Source: the human T2T-CHM13v2.0 reference genome, Homo sapiens. From it: a stretch of DNA of 64,000 bases. The notes under the pieces are model-generated. The model ran no database searches and had not been told where the DNA came from. It worked only from the letters and a program-made list of their open reading frames with translations. This document shows positions 24,901 to 39,600 of this stretch, piece after piece. Position numbers and translations under genes: made by a program. Location of the stretch: assembly GCF_009914755.1 (NCBI RefSeq), contig NC_060932.1. One strand, written 5' to 3'. Positions within the stretch are counted from its first letter, which is position 1. Every line of letters starts with the position of its first letter.

Positions 24901-27900
24901 CTCTTCTTTTGGAATCTGCAAGTGGATATTTGGAGAGATTTGAGGATTTCGTTGGAAACGGGATTATATATAAAAAGTAGCAGCATTCTCAGAAACTTCT
25001 TTGTGATGTTTGCATCCAGCTCTCAGAGTTGAACATTCCCTTTCATAGAGTAGGTTTGAAACCCTCTTTTTATAGTGTCTGGAAGCGGGCATTTGGAGCG
25101 CTTTCAGGCCTATGCTGAAAAAGGAAATATCTACCTATAGAAACTAGACAGAAGCATTCTGAGAATCACGTTTGTGATGTGGGTACTCAACTAACAGTGT
25201 TGATCCATTCTTTTGATACAGCAGTTTTGAACCACACTTTTTGTAGAATCTGCAAGTGGATATTTGGATAGCTGTGAGGATTTCGTTGGAAACGGGAATG
25301 TCTTCATAGAAAATTTAGACAGAAGCATTCTCAGAACCTTGATTGTGATGTGTGTTCTCCACTAACAGAGTTGAACCTTTCTTTTGACAGAACTGTTCTG
25401 AAACATTCTTTTTATAGAATCTGGAAGTGGATATTTGGAAAGCTTTGAGGATTTCGTTGGAAACGGGAATATCTTCAAATCAAATCTAGCCAGAAGCATT
25501 CTAAGAAACATCTTAGGGATGTTTACATTCAAGTCACAGAGTTGAACATTCCCTTTCACAGAGCAGGTTTGAAACAATCTTCTCGTACTATCTGGCAGTG
25601 GACATTTTGAGCTCCTTGGGGCCTATGCTGAAAAAGGAAATATCTTCCGACAAAAACTAGACAGAAGCATTCGCAGAATCACGTTTGTGATGTGTGCACT
25701 CAACTGTCAGAATTGAACCTTGGTTTGGACAGAGCACTTTTGAAACACTCTTTTTGTAGAATCTGCAGGTGGATATTTGGCTAGCTTTGAGGATTTCGTT
25801 GGAAACGGTAATGTCTTCAAAGAAAATCTACACAGAAGCATTCTCAGAAACACCTTCGTGATGTTTGCAATCAAGTCACAGAGTTGAACCTTCCGTTTCA
25901 TAGAGCAGGTTGGAAACACTCTTTTTGTAGTATCTGGAAGTGGACATTTGGAGGGCTTTGTAGCCTATGTGGAAAAAGGAAATATCTTCCCATGAATGCG
26001 AGATAGAAGTAATCTCAGAAACATGTTTATGCTGTATCTACTCAACTAACTGTGCTGAACATTTCTATTGATAGAGCAGTTTTGAGACACTCTTCTTTTG
26101 GAATCTGCAAGTGGATATTTGGATAGATTTGAGGATTTCGTTGGAAACGGGATTATATATAAAAAGTAGACAGCAGCATTCTCAGAAACTTCTTTGTGAT
26201 GTTTGCATCCAGCTCTCAGAGTTGAACATTCCCTTTCATAGAGTAGGTTTGAAACCCTCTTTTTATAGTGTCTGGAAGCGGGCATTTGGAGCGCTTTCAG
26301 GCCTATGCTTAAAATAGGAAATATCTACCTACAGAAACTAGACAGAAGCATTCTGAGAATCACGTTTGTGATGTGGGTACTCAACTAACAGTGTTGATCC
26401 ATTCTTTTGATACAGCAGTTTTGAACCACACTTTTTGCAGAATCTGCAAGAGGATATTTGGATAGCTGTGAGGATTTCGTTGGAAACGGGAATGTCTTCA
26501 AAGAAAATCTAGACAGAAGCATTCTCAGAAACACCTTCGTGATGTTTGCAATCAAGTCACAGAGTTGAACCTTCCGTTTCATAGAGCAGGTTGGAAACAC
26601 TCTTATTGTAGTATCTGGAAGTGGACATTTGGAGCGCTTTCAGGCCTATGGTGAAAAAGGAAATATCTTCCCATAAAAACGACATAGAAGCTATCTCAGG
26701 AACTTGTTTATGATGCATCTAATCAACTAACAGTGTTGAACCTTTGTACTGACAGAGCAGTTTGAAACACTCTTTTTTTGGAATCTGCAAGTGGATATTT
26801 GGATCGCTTTGAGGATTTCGTTGGAAACGGGATGCAATATAAAACGTACACAGCAGCATACTCAGAAAATACTTTGCCATATTTCCATTCAAGTCACAGA
26901 GTGGAACATTCCCATTCATAGAGCAGGTTGGAAACACTCTTTTTGGAGTATCTGGAAGTGGACATTTGGAGCGCTTTCTGAACTATGGTGAAAAAGGAAA
27001 TATCTTCCAATGAAAACAAGACAGAAGCATTCTGAGAAACTTATTTGTGATGTGTGTCCTCAACAAACGGACTTGAACCTTTCGTTTCATGCAGTACTTC
27101 TGGAACACTCTTTTTGAAGATTCTGCATGCGGATATTTGGATAGCTTTGAGGATTTCGTTGGAAACGGGCTTACATGTAAAAATTAGACAGCAGCATTCT
27201 CAGAAACTTCTTTGTGGTGTCTGCATTCAAGTCACAGAATTTAACTTCCCCTCACATAGAGCAGTTGTGCAGCACTCTATTTGTAGTATCTGGAAGTGGA
27301 CATTTGGAGGGCTTTGTAGCCTATCTGGAAAAAGGAAATATCTTCCCATGAATGCGAGATAGAAGTAATCTCAGAAACATGTTTATGCTGTATCTAATCA
27401 ACTAACTGTGCTGAACATTTCTATTGATAGAGCAGTTTTGAGACACTCTTCTTTTGGAATCTGCAAGTGGATATTTGGATAGATTTGAGGATTTCGTTGG
27501 AAACGGGATTATATATAAAAAGTAGACAGCAGCATTCTCAGAAACTTCTTTGTGATGTTTGCATCCAGCTCTCAGAGTTGAACATTCCCTTTCATAGAGT
27601 AGGTTTGAAACCCTCTTTTTATAGTGTCTGGAAGCGGGCATTTGGAGCGCTTTCAGGCCTATGCTTAAAATAGGAAATATCTACCTACAGAAACTAGACA
27701 GAAGCATTCTGAGAATCACGTTTGTGATGTGGGTACTCAACTAACAGTGTTGATCCATTCTTTTGATACAGCAGTTTTGAACCACACTTTTTGTAGAATC
27801 TGCAAGTGGATATTTGGATAGCTGTGAGGATTTCGTTGGAAACGGGAATGTCTTCATAGAAAATGTAGACAGAAGCATTCTCAGAACCTTGATTGTGATG

Positions 27901-30900
27901 TGTGTTCTCCACTAACAGAGTTGAACCTTTCTTTTGACAGAACTGTTCTGAAACATTCTTTTTATAGAATCTGGAAGTGGATATTTGGAAAGCTTTGAGG
28001 ATTTCGTTGGAAACGGGAATATCTTCAAATAAAATCTAGCCAGAAGCATTCTAAGAAACATCTTAGGGATGTTTACATTCAAGTCACAGAGTTGAACATT
28101 CCCTTTCACAGAGCAGGTTTGAAACAATCTTCTCGTACTATCTGGCAGTGGACATTTTGAGCTCCTTGGGGCCTATGCTGAAAAAGGAAATATCTTCCGA
28201 CAAAAACTAGACAGAAGCATTCGCAGAATCACGTTTGTGATGTGTGCACTCAACTGTCAGAATTGAACCTTGGTTTGGACAGAGCACTTTTGAAACACTC
28301 TTTTTGTAGAATCTGCAGGTGGATATTTGGCTAGCTTTGAGGATTTCGTTGGAAACGGTAATGTCTTCAAAGAAAATCTAGACAGAAGCATTCTCAGAAA
28401 CACCTTCGTGATGTTTGCAATCAAGTCACAGAGTTGAACCTTCCGTTTCATAGAGCAGGTTGGAAACACTCTTTTTGTAGTATCTGGAAGTGGACATTTG
28501 GAGGGCTTTGTAGCCTATCTGGAAAAAGGAAATATCTTCCCATGAATGCGAGATAGAAGTAATCTCAGAAACATGTTTATGCTGTATCTACTCAACTAAC
28601 TGTGCTGAACATTTCTATTGATAGAGCAGTTTTGAGACACTCTTCTTTTGGAATCTGCAAGTGGATATTTGGATAGATTTGAGGATTTCGTTGGAAACGG
28701 GATTATATATAAAAAGTAGACAGCAGCATTCTCAGAAACTTCTTTGTGCTGTTTGCATCCAGCTCTCAGATTTGAACATTCCCTTTCATAGAGTAGGTTT
28801 GAAACCCTCTTTTTATAGTGTCTGGAAGCGGGCATTTGGAGCGCTTTCAGGCCTATGCTTAAAATAGGAAATATCTACCTACAGAAACTAGACAGAAGCA
28901 TTCTGAGAATCACGTTTGTGATGTGGGTACTCAACTAACAGTGTTGATCCATTCTTTTGATACAGCAGTTTTGAACCACACTTTTTGTAGAATCTGCAAG
29001 AGGATATTTGGATAGCTGTGAGGATTTCGTTGGAAACGGGAATGTCTTCAAAGAAAATCTAGACAGAAGCATTCTCAGAAACACCTTCGTGATGTTTGCA
29101 ATCAAGTCACAGAGTTGAACCTTCCGTTTCATAGAGCAGGTTGGAAACACTCTTATTGTAGTATCTGGAAGTGGACATTTGGAGCGCTTTCAGGCCTATG
29201 GTGAAAAAGGAAATATCTTCCCATAAAAACGACATAGAAGCTATCTCAGGAACTTGTTTATGATGCATCTAATCAACTAACAGTGTTGAACCTTTGTACT
29301 GACAGAGCAGTTTGAAACACTCTTTTTTTGGAATCTGCAAGTGGATATTTGGATCGCTTTGAGGATTTCGTTGGAAACGGGATGCAATATAAAACGTACA
29401 CAGCAGCATACTCAGAAAATACTTTGCCATATTTCCATTCAAGTCACAGAGTGGAACATTCCCATTCATAGAGCAGGTTGGAAACACTCTTTTTGGAGTA
29501 TCTGGAAGTGGACATTTGGAGCGCTTTCTGAACTATGGTGAAAAAGGAAATATCTTCCAATGAAAACAACACAGAAGCATTCTGAGAAACTTATTTGTGA
29601 TGTGTGTCCTCAACAAACGGACTTGAACCTTTCGTTTCATGCAGTACTTCTGGAACACTCTTTTTGAAGATTCTGCATGCGGATATTTGGATAGCTTTGA
29701 GGATTTCGTTGGAAACGGGCTTACATGTAAAAATTAGACAGCAGCATTCTCAGAAACTTCTTTGTGGTGTCTGCATTCAAGTCACAGAATTGAACTTCCC
29801 CTCACATAGAGCAGTTGTGCAGCACTCTATTTGTAGTATCTGGAAGTGGACATTTGGAGGGCTTTGTAGCCTATCTGGAAAAAGGAAATATCTTCCCATG
29901 AATGCGAGATAGAAGTAATCTCAGAAACATGTTTATGCTGTATCTACTCAACTAACTGTGCTGAACATTTCTATTGATAGAGCAGTTTTGAGACACTCTT
30001 CTTTTGGAATCTGCAAGTGGATATTTGGATAGATTTGAGGATTTCGTTGGAAACGGGATTATATATAAAAAGTAGACAGCAGCATTCTCAGAAACTTCTT
30101 TGTGATGTTTGCATCCAGCTCTCAGAGTTGAACATTCCCTTTCATAGAGTAGGTTTGAAACCCTCTTTTTATAGTGTCTGGAAGCGGGCATTTGGAGCGC
30201 TTTCAGGCCTATGCTTAAAATAGGAAATATCTACCTACAGAAACTAGACAGAAGCATTCTGAGAATCACGTTTGTGATGTGGGTACTCAACTAACAGTGT
30301 TGATCCATTCTTTTGATACAGCAGTTTTGAACCACACTTTTTGTAGAATCTGCAAGTGGATATTTGGATAGCTGTGAGGATTTCGTTGGAAACGGGAATG
30401 TCTTCATAGAAAATGTAGACAGAAGCATTCTCAGAACCTTGATTGTGATGTGTGTTCTCCACTAACAGAGTTGAACCTTTCTTTTGACAGAACTGTTCTG
30501 AAACATTCTTTTTATAGAATCTGGAAGTGGATATTTGGAAAGCTTTGAGGATTTCGTTGGAAACGGGAATATCTTCAAATAAAATCTAGCCAGAAGCATT
30601 CTAAGAAACATCTTAGGGATGTTTACATTCAAGTCACAGAGTTGAACATTCCCTTTCACAGAGCAGGTTTGAAACAATCTTCTCGTACTATCTGGCAGTG
30701 GACATTTTGAGCTCCTTGGGGCCTATGCTGAAAAAGGAAATATCTTCCGACAAAAACTAGACAGAAGCATTCGCAGAATCACGTTTGTGATGTGTGCACT
30801 CAACTGTCAGAATTGAACCTTGGTTTGGACAGAGCACTTTTGAAACACTCTTTTTGTAGAATCTGCAGGTGGATATTTGGCTAGCTTTGAGGATTTCGTT

Positions 30901-33654
30901 GGAAACGGTAATGTCTTCAAAGAAAATCTAGACAGAAGCATTCTCAGAAACACCTTCGTGATGTTTGCAATCAAGTCACAGAGTTGAACCTTCCGTTTCA
31001 TAGAGCAGGTTGGAAACACTCTTTTTGTAGTATCTGGAAGTGGACATTTGGAGGGCTTTGTAGCCTATGTGGAAAAAGGAAATATCTTCCCATGAATGCG
31101 AGATAGAAGTAATCTCAGAAACATGTTTATGCTGTATCTACTCAACTAACTGTGCTGAACATTTCTATTGATAGAGCAGTTTTGAGACACTCTTCTTTTG
31201 GAATCTGCAAGTGGATATTTGGAGAGATTTGAGGATTTCGTTGGAAACGGGATTATATATAAAAAGTAGACAGCAGCATTCTCAGAAACTTCTTTGTGAT
31301 GTTTGCATCCAGCTCTCAGAGTTGAACATTCCCTTTCATAGAGTAGGTTTGAAACCCTCTTTTTATAGTGTCTGGAAGCGGGCATTTGGAGCGCTTTCAG
31401 GCCTATGCTTAAAATAGGAAATATCTACCTACAGAAACTAGACAGAAGCATTCTGAGAATCTCGTTTGTGATGTGGGTACTCAACTAACAGTGTTGATCC
31501 ATTCTTTTGATACAGCAGTTTTGAACCACACTTTTTGTAGAATCTGCAAGAGGATATTTGGATAGCTGTGAGGATTTCGTTGGAAACGGGAATGTCTTCA
31601 AAGAAAATCTAGACAGAAACATTCTCAGAAACACCTTCGTGATGTTTGCAATCAAGTCACAGAGTTGAACCTTCCGTTTCATAGAGCAGGTTGGAAACAC
31701 TCTTATTGTAGTATCTGGAAGTGGACATTTGGAGCGCTTTCAGGCCTATGGTGAAAAAGGAAATATCTTCCCATAAAAACGACATAGAAGCTATCTCAGG
31801 AACTTGTTTATGAGGCATCTAATCAACTAACAGTGTTGAACCTTTGTACTGACAGAGCAGTTTGAAACACTCTTTTTTTGGAATCTGCAAGTGGATATTT
31901 GGATCGCTTTGAGGATTTCGTTGGAAACGGGATGCAATATAAAACGTACACAGCAGCATACTCAGAAAATACTTTGCCATATTTCCATTCAAGTCACAGA
32001 GTGGAACATTCCCATTCATAGAGCAGGTTTGAAACACTCTTTTTGGAGTATCTGGAAGTGGACATTTGGAGCGCTTTCTGAACTATGGTGAAAAAGGAAA
32101 TATCTTCCAATGAAAACAAGACAGAAGCATTCTGAGAAACTTATTTGTGATGTGTGTCCTCAACAAACGGACTTGAACCTTTCGTTTCATGCAGTACTTC
32201 TGGAACACTCTTTTTGAAGATTCTGCATGCGGATATTTGGATAGCTTTGAGGATTTCGTTGGAAACGGGCTTACATGTAAAAATTAGACAGCAGCATTCT
32301 CAGAAACTTCTTTGTGGTGTCTGCATTCAAGTCACAGAATTGAACTTCCCCTCACATAGAGCAGTTGTGCAGCACTCTATTTGTAGTATCTCGAAGTGGA
32401 CATTTGGAGGGCTTTGTAGCCTATGTGGAAAAAGGAAATATCTTCCCATGAATGCGAGATAGAAGTAATCTCAGAAACATGTTTATGCTGTATCTACTCA
32501 ACTAACTGTGCTGAACATTTCTATTGATAGAGCAGTTTTGAGACACTCTTCTTTTGGAATCTGCAAGTGGATATTTGGATAGATTTGAGGATTTCGTTGG
32601 AAACGGGATTATATATAAAAAGTAGCAGCATTCTCAGAAACTTCTTTGTGATGTTTGCATCCAGCTCTCAGAGTTGAACATTCCCTTTCATAGAGTAGGT
32701 TTGAAACCCTCTTTTTATAGTGTCTGGAAGCGGGCATTTGGAGCGCTTTCAGGCCTATGCTGAAAAAGGAAATATCTACCTATAGAAACTAGACAGAAGC
32801 ATTCTGAGAATCACGTTTGTGATGTGGGTACTCAACTAACAGTGTTGATCCATTCTTTTGATACAGCAGTTTTGAACCACACTTTTTGTAGAATCTGCAA
32901 GTGGATATTTGGATAGCTGTGAGGATTTCGTTGGAAACGGGAATGTCTTCATAGAAAATGTAGACAGAAGCATTCTCAGAACCTTGATTGTGATGTGTGT
33001 TCTCCACTAACAGAGTTGAACCTTTCTTTTGACAGAACTGTTCTGAAACATTCTTTTTATAGAATCTGGAAGTGGATATTTGGAAAGCTTTGAGGATTTC
33101 GTTGGAAACGGGAATATCTTCAAATCAAATCTAGCCAGAAGCATTCTAAGAAACATCTTAGGGATGTTTACATTCAAGTCACAGAGTTGAACATTCCCTT
33201 TCACAGAGCAGGTTTGAAACAATCTTCTCGTACTATCTGGCAGTGGACATTTTGAGCTCCTTGGGGCCTATGCTGAAAAAGGAAATATCTTCCGACAAAA
33301 ACTAGACAGAAGCATTCGCAGAATCACGTTTGTGATGTGTGCACTCAACTGTCAGAATTGAACCTTGGTTTGGACAGAGCACTTTTGAAACACTCTTTTT
33401 GTAGAATCTGCAGGTGGATATTTGGCTAGCTTTGAGGATTTCGTTGGAAACGGTAATGTCTTCAAAGAAAATCTAGACAGAAGCATTCTCAGAAACACCT
33501 TCGTGATGTTTGCAATCAAGTCACAGAGTTGAACCTTCCGTTTCATAGAGCAGGTTGGAAACACTCTTTTTGTAGTATCTGGAAGTGGACATTTGGAGGG
33601 CTTTGTAGCCTATGTGGAAAAAGGAAATATCTTCCCATGAATGCGAGATAGAAG
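15988..33654 (+). repeat. Near-strict alternation of 7-mer and 8-mer HORs (effective ~2.55-kb 15-mer), with one 7-7 doublet at 23632-26009
   Basis: Unit starts and types: 15988(7), 17177(8), 18533(7), 19727(8), 21083(7), 22276(8), 23632(7), 24821(7), 26010(8), 27366(7), 28560(8), 29916(7), 31110(8), 32466(7). Confidence 0.93.
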
Positions 33655-36600
33655 TAATCTCAGAAACATGTTTATGCTGTATCTACTCAACTAACTGTGC
33701 TGAACATTTCTATTGATAGAGCAGTTTTGAGACACTCTTCTTTTGGAATCTGCAAGTGGATATTTGGATAGATTTGAGGATTTCGTTGGAAACGGGATTA
33801 TATATAAAAAGTAGACAGCAGCATTCTCAGAAACTTCTTTGTGATGTTTGCATCCAGCTCTCAGAGTTGAACATTCCCTTTCATAGAGTAGGTTTGAAAC
33901 CCTCTTTTTATAGTGTCTGGAAGCGGGCATTTGGAGCGCTTTCAGGCCTATGCTTAAAATAGGAAATATCTACCTACAGAAACTAGACAGAAGCATTCTG
34001 AGAATCACGTTTGTGATGTGGGTACTCAACTAACAGTGTTGATCCATTCTTTTGATACAGCAGTTTTGAACCACACTTTTTGTAGAATCTGCAAGAGGAT
34101 ATTTGGATAGCTGTGAGGATTTCGTTGGAAACGGGAATGTCTTCAAAGAAAATCTAGACAGAAGCATTCTCAGAAACACCTTCGTGATGTTTGCAATCAA
34201 GTCACAGAGTTGAACCTTCCGTTTCATAGAGCAGGTTGGAAACACTCTTATTGTAGTATCTGGAAGTGGACATTTGGAGCGCTTTCAGGCCTATGGTGAA
34301 AAAGGAAATATCTTCCCATAAAAACGACATAGAAGCTATCTCAGGAACTTGTTTATGATGCATCTAATCAACTAACAGTGTTGAACCTTTGTACTGACAG
34401 AGCAGTTTGAAACACTCTTTTTTTGGAATCTGCAAGTGGATATTTGGATCGCTTTGAGGATTTCGTTGGAAACGGGATGCAATATAAAACGTACACAGCA
34501 GCATACTCAGAAAATACTTTGCCATATTTCCATTCAAGTCACAGAGTGGAACATTCCCATTCATAGAGCAGGTTGGAAACACTCTTTTTGGAGTATCTGG
34601 AAGTGGACATTTGGAGCGCTTTCTGAACTATGGTGAAAAAGGAAATATCTTCCAATGAAAACAAGACAGAAGCATTCTGAGAAACTTATTTGTGATGTGT
34701 GTCCTCAACAAACGGACTTGAACCTTTCGTTTCATGCAGTACTTCTGGAACACTCTTTTTGAAGATTCTGCATGCGGATATTTGGATAGCTTTGAGGATT
34801 TCGTTGGAAACGGGCTTACATGTAAAAATTAGACAGCAGCATTCTCAGAAACTTCTTTGTGGTGTCTGCATTCAAGTCACAGAATTTAACTTCCCCTCAC
34901 ATAGAGCAGTTGTGCAGCACTCTATTTGTAGTATCTGGAAGTGGACATTTGGAGGGCTTTGTAGCCTATCTGGAAAAAGGAAATATCTTCCCATGAATGC
35001 GAGATAGAAGTAATCTCAGAAACATGTTTATGCTGTATCTACTCAACTAACTGTGCTGAACATTTCTATTGATAGAGCAGTTTTGAGACACTCTTCTTTT
35101 GGAATCTGCAAGTGGATATTTGGATAGATTTGAGGATTTCGTTGGAAACGGGATTATATATCAAAAGTAGACAGCAGCATTCTCAGAAACTTCTTTGTGA
35201 TGTTTGCATCCAGCTCTCAGAGTTGAACATTCCCTTTCATAGAGTAGGTTTGAAACCCTCTTTTTATAGTGTCTGGAAGCGGGCATTTGGAGCGCTTTCA
35301 GGCCTATGCTTAAAATAGGAAATATCTACCTACAGAAACTAGACAGAAGCATTCTGAGAATCACGTTTGTGATGTGGGTACTCAACTAACAGTGTTGATC
35401 CATTCTTTTGATACAGCAGTTTTGAACCACACTTTTTGTAGAATCTGCAAGAGGATATTTGGATAGCTGTGAGGATTTCGTTGGAAACGGGAATGTCTTC
35501 AAAGAAAATCTAGACAGAAGCATTCTCAGAAACACCTTCGTGATGTTTGCAATCAAGTCACAGAGTTGAACCTTCCGTTTCATAGAGCAGGTTGGAAACA
35601 CTCTTATTGTAGTATCTGGAAGTGGACATTTGGAGCGCTTTCAGGCCTATGGTGAAAAAGGAAATATCTTCCCATAAAAACGACATAGAAGCTATCTCAG
35701 GAACTTGTTTATGATGCATCTAATCAACTAACAGTGTTGAACCTTTGTACTGACAGAGCAGTTTGAAACACTCTTTTTTTGGAATCTGCAAGTGGATATT
35801 TGGATCGCTTTGAGGATTTCGTTGGAAACGGGATGCAATATAAAACGTACACAGCAGCATACTCAGAAAATACTTTGCCATATTTCCATTCAAGTCACAG
35901 AGTGGAACATTCCCATTCATAGAGCAGGTTGGAAACACTCTTTTTGGAGTATCTGGAAGTGGACATTTGGAGCGCTTTCTGAACTATGGTGAAAAAGGAA
36001 ATATCTTCCAATGAAAACAAGACAGAAGCATTCTGAGAAACTTATTTGTGATGTGTGTCCTCAACAAACGGACTTGAACCTTTCGTTTCATGCAGTACTT
36101 CTGGAACACTCTTTTTGAAGATTCTGCATGCGGATATTTGGATAGCTTTGAGGATTTCGTTGGAAACGGGCTTACATGTAAAAATTAGACAGCAGCATTC
36201 TCAGAAACTTCTTTGTGGTGTCTGCATTCAAGTCACAGAATTGAACATCCCCTCACATAGAGCAGTTGTGCAGCACTCTATTTGTAGTATCTGGAAGTGG
36301 ACATTTGGAGGGCTTTGTAGCCTATGTGGAAAAAGGAAATATCTTCCCATGAATGCGAGATAGAAGTAATCTCAGAAACATGTTTATGCTGTACCTACTC
36401 AACTAACTGTGCTGAACATTTCTATTGATAGAGCAGTTTTGAGACACTTTTCTTTTGGAATCTGCAAGTGGATATTTGGATAGATTTGAGGATTTCGTTG
36501 GAAACGGGATTATATATAAAAAGTAGACAGCAGCATTCTCAGAAACTTCTTTGTGATGTTTGCATCCAGCTCTCAGAGTTGAACATTCCCTTTCATAGAG

Positions 36601-39600
36601 TAGGTTTGAAACCCTCTTTTTATAGTGTCTGGAAGCGGGCATTTGGAGCGCTTTCAGGCCTATGCTGAAAAAGGAAATATCTACCTATAGAAACTAGACA
36701 GAAGCATTCTGAGAATCACGTTTGTGATGTGGGTACTCAACTAACAGTGTTGATCCATTCTTTTGATACAGCAGTTTTGAACCACACTTTTTGTAGAATC
36801 TGCAAGTGGATATTTGGATAGCTGTGAGGATTTCGTTGGAAACGGGAATGTCTTCATAGAAAATTTAGACAGAAGCATTCTCAGAACCTTGATTGTGATG
36901 TGTGTTCTCCACTAACAGAGTTGAACCTTTCTTTTGACAGAACTGTTCTGAAACATTCTTTTTATAGAATCTGGAAGTGGATATTTGGAAAGCTTTGAGG
37001 ATTTCGTTGGAAACGGGAATATCTTCAAATCAAATCTAGCCAGAAGCATTCTAAGAAACATCTTAGGGATGTTTACATTCAAGTCACAGAGTTGAACATT
37101 CCCTTTCACAGAGCAGGTTTGAAACAATCTTCTCGTACTATCTGGCAGTGGACATTTTGAGCTCCTTGGGGCCTATGCTGAAAAAGGAAATATCTTCCGA
37201 CAAAAACTAGACAGAAGCATTCGCAGAATCACGTTTGTGATGTGTGCACTCAACTGTCAGAATTGAACCTTGGTTTGGACAGAGCACTTTTGAAACACTC
37301 TTTTTGTAGAATCTGCAGGTGGATATTTGGCTAGCTTTGAGGATTTCGTTGGAAACGGTAATGTCTTCAAAGAAAATCTAGACAGAAGCATTCTCAGAAA
37401 CACCTTCGTGATGTTTGCAATCAAGTCACAGAGTTGAACCTTCCGTTTCATAGAGCAGGTTGGAAACACTCTTTTTGTAGTATCTGGAAGTGGACATTTG
37501 GAGGGCTTTGTAGCCTATGTGGAAAAAGGAAATATCTTCCCATGAATGCGAGATAGAAGTAATCTCAGAAACATGTTTATGCTGTATCTACTCAACTAAC
37601 TGTGCTGAACATTTCTATTGATAGAGCAGTTTTGAGACACTCTTCTTTTGGAATCTGCAAGTGGATATTTGGATAGATTTGAGGATTTCGTTGGAAACGG
37701 GATTATATATCAAAAGTAGACAGCAGCATTCTCAGAAACTTCTTTGTGATGTTTGCATCCAGCTCTCAGAGTTGAACATTCCCTTTCATAGAGTAGGTTT
37801 GAAACCCTCTTTTTATAGTGTCTGGAAGCGGGCATTTGGAGCGCTTTCAGGCCTATGCTTAAAATAGGAAATATCTACCTACAGAAACTAGACAGAAGCA
37901 TTCTGAGAATCACGTTTGTGATGTGGGTACTCAACTAACAGTGTTGATCCATTCTTTTGATACAGCAGTTTTGAACCACACTTTTTGTAGAATCTGCAAG
38001 AGGATATTTGGATAGCTGTGAGGATTTCGTTGGAAACGGGAATGTCTTCAAAGAAAATCTAGACAGAAGCATTCTCAGAAACACCTTCGTGATGTTTGCA
38101 ATCAAGTCACAGAGTTGAACCTTCCGTTTCATAGAGCAGGTTGGAAACACTCTTATTGTAGTATCTGGAAGTGGACATTTGGAGCGCTTTCAGGCCTATG
38201 GTGAAAAAGGAAATATCTTCCCATAAAGACGACATAGAAGCTATCTCAGGAACTTTTTTATGATGCATCTAATCAACTAACAGTGTTGAACCTTTGTACT
38301 GACAGAGCAGTTTGAAACACTCTTTTTTTGGAATCTGCAAGTGGATATTTGGATCGCTTTGAGGATTTCGTTGGAAACGGGATGCAATATAAAACGTACA
38401 CAGCAGCATACTCAGAAAATACTTTGCCATATTTCCATTCAAGTCACAGAGTGGAACATTCCCATTCATAGAGCAGGTTGGAAACACTCTTTTTGGAGTA
38501 TCTGGAAGTGGACATTTGGAGCGCTTTCTGAACTATGGTGAAAAAGGAAATATCTTCCAATGAAAACAACACAGAAGCATTCTGAGAAACTTATTTGTGA
38601 TGTGTGTCCTCAACAAACGGACTTGAACCTTTCGTTTCATGCAGTACTTCTGGAACACTCTTTTTGAAGATTCTGCATGCGGATATTTGGATAGCTTTGA
38701 GGATTTCGTTGGAAACGGTCTTACATGTAAAAATTAGACAGCAGCATTCTCAGAAACTTCTTTGTGGTGTCTGCATTCAAGTCACAGAATTTAACTTCCC
38801 CTCACATAGAGCAGTTGTGCAGCACTCTATTTGTAGTATCTGGAAGTGGACATTTGGAGGGCTTTGTAGCCTATCTGGAAAAAGGAAATATCTTCCCATG
38901 AATGCGAGATAGAAGTAATCTCAGAAACATGTTTATGCTGTATCTAATCAACTAACTGTGCTGAACATTTCTATTGATAGAGCAGTTTTGAGACACTCTT
39001 CTTTTGGAATCTGCAAGTGGATATTTGGATAGATTTGAGGATTTCGTTGGAAACGGGATTATATATAAAAAGTAGACAGCAGCATTCTCAGAAACTTCTT
39101 TGTGATGTTTGCATCCAGCTCTCAGAGTTGAACATTCCCTTTCATAGAGTAGGTTTGAAACCCTCTTTTTATAGTGTCTGGAAGCGGGCATTTGGAGCGC
39201 TTTCAGGCCTATGCTTAAAATAGGAAATATCTACCTACAGAAACTAGACAGAAGCATTCTGAGAATCACGTTTGTGATGTGGGTACTCAACTAACAGTGT
39301 TGATCCATTCTTTTGATACAGCAGTTTTGAACCACACTTTTTGTAGAATCTGCAAGTGGATATTTGGATAGCTGTGAGGATTTCGTTGGAAACGGGAATG
39401 TCTTCATAGAAAATTTAGACAGAAGCATTCTCAGAACCTTGATTGTGATGTGTGTTCTCCACTAACAGAGTTGAACCTTTCTTTTGACAGAACTGTTCTG
39501 AAACATTCTTTTTATAGAATCTGGAAGTGGATATTTGGAAAGCTTTGAGGATTTCGTTGGAAACGGGAATATCTTCAAATCAAATCTAGCCAGAAGCATT

